A stretch of 63,041 nucleotides of DNA, filler included, from Asterionella formosa (Eukaryota): the NCBI GenBank assembly GCA_002256025.1. It is 20 parts of 20 records of this genome, joined end to end, with 100 filler letters (N's around TTAATTAATTAA, not from the genome) between each part and the next. Parts side by side here need not be neighbours in the genome. Positions count along the whole stretch, not along the records: positions 57,633 to 59,368 come from NKIB01001321.1; positions 59,469 to 61,205 come from NKIB01001322.1; positions 61,306 to 63,041 come from NKIB01001323.1; 17 more parts are not named here. One strand, 5' to 3'. Positions 57,918-63,041 of this stretch are shown here, one piece after another (position 1 is the first letter of the stretch; every line of letters begins with the position of its first letter). The notes below the pieces were generated by a model. That model was not told the origin of the DNA and ran no database searches. It saw only the letters and a list, made by a program, of their open reading frames with translations. The translations under genes and the position numbers were made by a program.

Positions 57918-59322
57918 ATGTTGACCAAGTTTGCTGTCCGCCAAAGTTCTAGAGCCTGTGCTGCTGGCCGCAGCCTATCATCTAGCCCATGGGCTGAGTA
58001 TGCCATGGCCCCACCTGATCCCATCATCGGCCTCGCAGACGCCTTCCAGAAGGACACTTTCCCGAAGAAGGTGATTGTTGGTGTTGGGGCCTACCGAGAT
58101 GATAACGGGAAGCCGTGTGTTCTTGATTGCGTTCGCGAGGCAGAGCAGATCCTGATGAGCAAAAACTTGGATCATGAATACTCTGGTATTGTAAGTTTCC
58201 ACAGAGGGAAGGTGTTTGCGCCTCTGGCCGCGTGATCCGAATGTGCCACTGTTCGCTAACATTTACCAACGGTACCTTTCCCACACAACGCCCTGTTCCA
58301 AATCTGATCTGATCTACCGGGTACATTTTCAGGCCGGAGATCCGAAATTCGTTGATCTATCCTTGAAGTTTGCCTTTGGGGAGGACTCCAAGCCACTCCT
58401 TGAAAATCGCATCGGTGGTGTTCAGACTCTCTCCGGAACTGGAGGTCTTCGAGTATTCGGAGAGCTCCTGCACAAACACGGACACAAGCACATTTATGTT
58501 CCCAATCCAACCTGGGGAAATCACATTCCAATCATGCAAAACTCTGGTTTGGAGGTGCGCAAGTACAGCTATTATAACGTGGAAACATCCGATTTGGACT
58601 TCGACAAGATGGTGAAGGACATTAAAGACATGCCTGAAGGCTCCTGTATCTTACTGCATGCGTGTGCTCACAACCCCACGGGAATGGACCCTTCCATGGA
58701 ACAATGGAAACAGCTGAGTGATGTCATCAAGGCAAAGAAGCTCCTACCCTTCTTCGATTGTGCTTACCAAGGGTTTGCCTCCGGAAATGCCCCAAAAGAT
58801 GCAGCTGCCATTCGTTTGTTTGTAGACGAAGGACACAACCTTGCCTTGGTGCAATCCTTTTCCAAGAACTTTGGGCTCTATGGTCAGCGAATTGGTGCGC
58901 TGTCTGTGGTTGGAGCCACAGAGCATGAAGCTGCGAATGTCGTCTCGCAAATGAAGATGGTCATTCGTCCCATGTATTCCAACCCACCCCGACATGGCGC
59001 GCGCCTCGTTTCTACCATCCTCTCCGACGACCAACTCACGAAACAGTTCATTGACGAATGCAAGGGAATGGCAGATCGTATCAATGAAATGAGATTGGTT
59101 CTCAGAAGTCTATTGGAGGATCAAGGATCCAACCGCAGTTGGGAGCATATTACCAAGCAGATTGGTATGTTTGCATACAGTGGTATGAGTAAGGACGAAG
59201 TCATTAAGTTGCGTGACACGCACCACATTTATTGTACTCTTGATGGTAGAATCAGCATGGCCGGAGTCACATCAGGTAACGTGGACTACATTGCTCAATC
59301 GATACATGATGTGACCAAGTAG
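57918..59322 (+). CDS. GOT2: Mitochondrial aspartate aminotransferase; exons 57918-58190 and 58333-59322
   Basis: Mitochondrial presequence, APPDPI, GVGAYRD, HACAHNPTG, DCAYQGFASG, PLP lysine SFSKNFGLYGQR; 142-bp intron GTAAGT...TTTCAG. Confidence 0.96.
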
Positions 59323-59367
59323 AACGTGGACTACATTGCTCAATCGATACATGATGTGACCAAGTAG
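59278..59367 (+). repeat. Exact 45-bp tandem duplication of the aminotransferase 3' end
   Basis: AACGTGGACTACATTGCTCAATCGATACATGATGTGACCAAGTAG twice, at the contig end. Confidence 0.9.
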
Positions 59368-59468
59368 ANNNNNNNNNNNNNNNNNNNNNNNNNNNNNNNN
59401 NNNNNNNNNNNNTTAATTAATTAANNNNNNNNNNNNNNNNNNNNNNNNNNNNNNNNNNNNNNNNNNNN

Positions 59469-60377
59469 GGCAAACTTGTGGGTTTCGTAGACTATGCCAT
59501 TGCATCACCTACATCGCGCGAAGAATATGTTCTGATCATTGTTGATCAACTTTACATTCAGTACAACCTTGCGACTGGATTTAACTTTCAAGTGCTAGAG
59601 AAGGCAAACATGGTCACAATTGTGACGGCTGCAAGTAGCACTTCTGGATCATCAATGCTGCGCGCACTCTCAGCCGGGCAAAGTGCTGCGATCAGTTTAT
59701 ACATCATTGAAGCTTGTGCAATGGTGGCCGCCACTTCCACAGAACCAAACTATATGATCCTCTCAATTCGCTTGACTAATCAGGCCTCTACTTGTCCTAC
59801 TCCATCCCCAACAAGTACGCCCACGAGCAACCCTACCATGCAACCCACGAGCAATCCTACCATGCAACCCACGAGCAATCCTACCATGCAACCCACGAGC
59901 AATCCTACCATGCAACCCACGAGCAACCCTACCACCCAACCAACTAAATTTCCCACCACCCAGCCTACGAGCAACCCTAGCACCCAACCAACTAGATTTC
60001 CTACCACTCAACCTACAAACAATCCTACTGCTGAGCCTACCACCCAGCCAACTCGATTTCCTACATCCCAGCCTACGAGCAACCCTACTACTGAGCCTAC
60101 CCGTTCGCCAACCACTACACCTACCCGTCCAACAATCACTAGACCTACCCCTTCACCAACCACTGCTCCTACCCGGCAACCAACCACTACACCTACCCAA
60201 TCACCAACCACTACAGCTACCCGTTCACCAACCACTGCTCCTACCCGTTCACCAACCACTACACCTACCCGTTCACCAACCACTACACCTACCCATTCAC
60301 CAACCGCTACACCTACCCGTCCAGCAACCGCTACACCTACCCTTGCACCAACTAGTCTCCCTACTGCAAAACCCTAA
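59469..60377 (+). CDS. 3' part of a mucin-like Pro/Thr-rich protein
   Basis: Open from the contig start; 24-bp PTSNPTMQ and PTRSPTTT repeats at 59810-60370. Confidence 0.75.
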   Translation, partial: GKLVGFVDYAIASPTSREEYVLIIVDQLYIQYNLATGFNFQVLEKANMVTIVTAASSTSGSSMLRALSAGQSAAISLYIIEACAMVAATSTEPNYMILSIRLTNQASTCPTPSPTSTPTSNPTMQPTSNPTMQPTSNPTMQPTSNPTMQPTSNPTTQPTKFPTTQPTSNPSTQPTRFPTTQPTNNPTAEPTTQPTRFPTSQPTSNPTTEPTRSPTTTPTRPTITRPTPSPTTAPTRQPTTTPTQSPTTTATRSPTTAPTRSPTTTPTRSPTTTPTHSPTATPTRPATATPTLAPTSLPTAKP

Positions 60378-60499
60378 CCCTAACCTTTCAGTGCAGGAGC
60401 ATTCGCATGGCGTTCCGAATGAGCAGGCCTTATTTCATTAATGAAACTCTTTAATTTAGTTGAATTACCTGCAGTAAAATAGTATGATGAATGTATAGA

Positions 60500-60785
60500 T
60501 TATATATAGTTGAAGTTGACGACAATCCCATGATGCATCAAGAAAACAAGTGTGACTAGTGTCAGTTTTAACAAAAGATCGTCGTTGGATTGCTGAATGT
60601 AAAACAACCATTTCACGCGAAAATTTGTACATGATAATTTTATAGGAGGGCACAAGCATTTTAATGCAGCCGGCCACGCAGGTGATAGTGAAACAACGGT
60701 CAAACAGAGGGCCCATCGAGTTACATTACTAACACTACTAACCTTGTTCCTGTTCATTTTCAACTGGCGTGGAAATTCAACGCGG
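60500..60785. repeat. Repeat family C copy
   Basis: Homologous to 34665-35000. Confidence 0.85.
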
Positions 60786-63041
60786 AGTGACAATATTTTC
60801 TGGCAACACGAAGAAAAATTTGTTCAGGAATCATCTCTATAATACGGTGCTTTTCTCTACAATTCGCAACATTTCCGTTCACAAATATTCTTCACTCTGA
60901 CAACCATTAATTCTGTTAGTTCGCTCCCATTTTGTCTTTACTTTGATCACATTAATACCTCAAGGTTAAACAAATGTATATGTACTATTCAAACAAATAA
61001 TTATGTGTAACCAATCAACGTTTAAATTAAATTCTAGCTACAATCGCAAAATCAATCAAATTAATCGCTTCGCTATATAGTTTATATTGATACTTTCTAT
61101 AGAACGTGATTCTCTAACCAATACGACAAGCAATGGATGTTCATTCTTGGAGCTGGATGCTGTAACGATTTGCAAGATTGCCTGGCTACTCATACTAAAA
61201 CTTTCNNNNNNNNNNNNNNNNNNNNNNNNNNNNNNNNNNNNNNNNNNNNTTAATTAATTAANNNNNNNNNNNNNNNNNNNNNNNNNNNNNNNNNNNNNNN
61301 NNNNNATAAAATAAGCTTGTTGATTTTGAGTGTAGGAATTAGTTGAATGCATCAAAATGCGTACTTGAAAATATCAAATATATTATCAGAATACATCATG
61401 TTTATTATTTAATCAGAGTATCATGCACCATGCATTCCTGATCATCAGTATATAACCTGATGATCTTGACGAAAGTATCTGAAATACTTCATGTAATTCT
61501 AAAAGACAGGTCCCATTGTACCGGACGGACGAATAAAAACGGTACTAAGCAATTGTGTCCATCTGTTTAGGCCCGAGTGCAATAACTGGTGAGAGACGAC
61601 AAATGAATGCTATATGCAAAAATCAAATTTTAGATTTTTTCATCTATAATGTGCATTTCTTTAAGTTTAGCTGCGACGGTTGTGTCAATTTGGTGCATCA
61701 GGATGGCAAAATCTCCTTTCTATGTATTTTAATCATTTCCTGGGCGATTCATAAATTTCTTGACATATATTATAGACGGCCGACTACAGAAGGCCTTGCT
61801 TGTAAAATGTTGGTTTATTGGGGAGAGATGACAAATGGATGCTCTTTTTGCAAAAATTCAATTTTACATTGAATATTTTTATGAACCAAGAACAAAAGAG
61901 GGTTGATGCATTTGTTCTGTTCGTAAAATTAAGCTGTATGTCGCTATGAATTATCCTCTAATTTTTTCTATATCATGTATAAAATGTATGTACCAAATAG
62001 CATAGCGTCTCATTTACCATGGAGATATTTGTTATGTTTGTTATGGTAATCACAGAGATGGCATGATGCAGAATTCTCCAGCCGCTCACAACAACGACAC
62101 TGTAGTGTTTTAGTATACATAAAACCAAATCGCAATATAGCTAGCGCCTACAAGGGCTACCTTGGGTACCATGAGCATATATCCAGCCATAGCTGGTCTG
62201 ACATTTGAATATGTGATGGTATGTTTGATATTGCAAATATACTGTTAAGCTGTTCCATCGAGCATAATAATGACTGTGACCATCATGTATATAGATATAA
62301 TGTTACATATGTTCATAATATTGGCAAGGCTAGTATCAGGGGGTAGTGCTGGTTGTGTCTGCTCATGTATGTACTATGTAACACAAGAAGGGCCATTGAG
62401 AAAATCTATTCTTATTTGTAAGTTGTAGTCCTTGTTCTTGTCAGCATGTTCTGAATATAAGAAGAGATTTCTTTTTGTATTTCGAAGCTAGAAGATAGCT
62501 TGCTGAACTGGTCCATCAGTCAGCACACCCAAGTCGTTTTCTGAAGCTAGAAGATGGGTTGCTGAACCAGTTCAGCAACTGATTCTGAAAATCGTCATCA
62601 TTCAATAAAAGCAACATTTTCCTATATTATTTAAGGTGTATTATTTCCATCAAAAACTGGCCTATCTCTTCCAGCAGGAAAGGGAAGAAGAATCATTGGG
62701 AGTGAGTCAAAACTAAAAAGGAGTGCTGCTGGACCACCCAGCAGGTACCACCATCATCATAAAGGTATATATATATATATATATATATTTGTATCTCGAA
62801 CTGTAAGGGTATCCTGGAGGTGGAATATGCTCACAACCACTTGGCACCGGTAATCCAATGTGTTCATTTAGCATCATAATAGGAAAAAAGCAATGGCGAA
62901 ATGCTTCCTCTATGAATATCATACCGGGTCCTAGGCAGAGTCGTGTTGTTAGGCTGAACTTAAGGTGCCCGAAATACCAAGATCGAATATTGTGAAGCTA
63001 TTGTCACAAAATCTTCGATCTTCGTATTCGAGAAATTTTAT

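Noticed and set aside
53959..59368. Apparent cluster of desaturase, protease and aminotransferase
   Set aside because: Each gene is on a separate contig, so adjacency is artificial
59278..59368. Duplicated stop-codon region of the aminotransferase as a biological feature
   Set aside because: Exact repeat at a contig end that leaves the protein unchanged; may be an assembly artefact
60370..60386. Telomeric CCCTAA repeats
   Set aside because: Only about two units, internal to the contig and overlapping a stop codon
61439..61495. Second hammerhead-like string CTGATGA-TCTTGAC-GAAA-GTAT..ATAC
   Set aside because: No convincing stem I, stem II lacks the closing G, and CTGATGATC is one arm of a 9-bp inverted repeat with GATCATCAG; worth only a model scan

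Overview
Eukaryotic DNA, very likely from a diatom (CoDi-type Copia elements, bipartite plastid presequences, a PtD5-like front-end desaturase, short GT-AG introns). The window is not one locus. It is 20 contigs joined by artificial 100-bp spacers (N44-TTAATTAATTAA-N44): nineteen of about 1.74 kb and one of 28 kb (11050-39144), so adjacency across spacers means nothing. Host genes include an ADP-ribosylglycohydrolase-family protein, a cytochrome P450, a LYR-motif protein, ESF1 (partial), a delta-5-like desaturase, a CPBP protease with EF-hand, mitochondrial aspartate aminotransferase, Cys-rich and mucin-like surface proteins and several hypothetical genes. Transposable-element DNA is abundant: Copia gag/pol fragments, a decayed two-LTR Ty3/gypsy, solo LTRs, a Plavaka/CMC-like transposase pseudogene, a Harbinger-like MITE and a possible Helitron end. 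The most striking signal is a pervasive non-coding family of short palindromes, TA-CCGG-TA and TA-CC(A/T)GG-TA, often chained into arrays. One old LTR copy shows them as micro-insertions at TA sites, as expected for transposon excision footprints, and the same motifs are the insertion sites of a gypsy LTR family and a MITE. A degenerate type III hammerhead-like fold lies at about 26.6 kb. All alignments were done by eye; no database searches were run.
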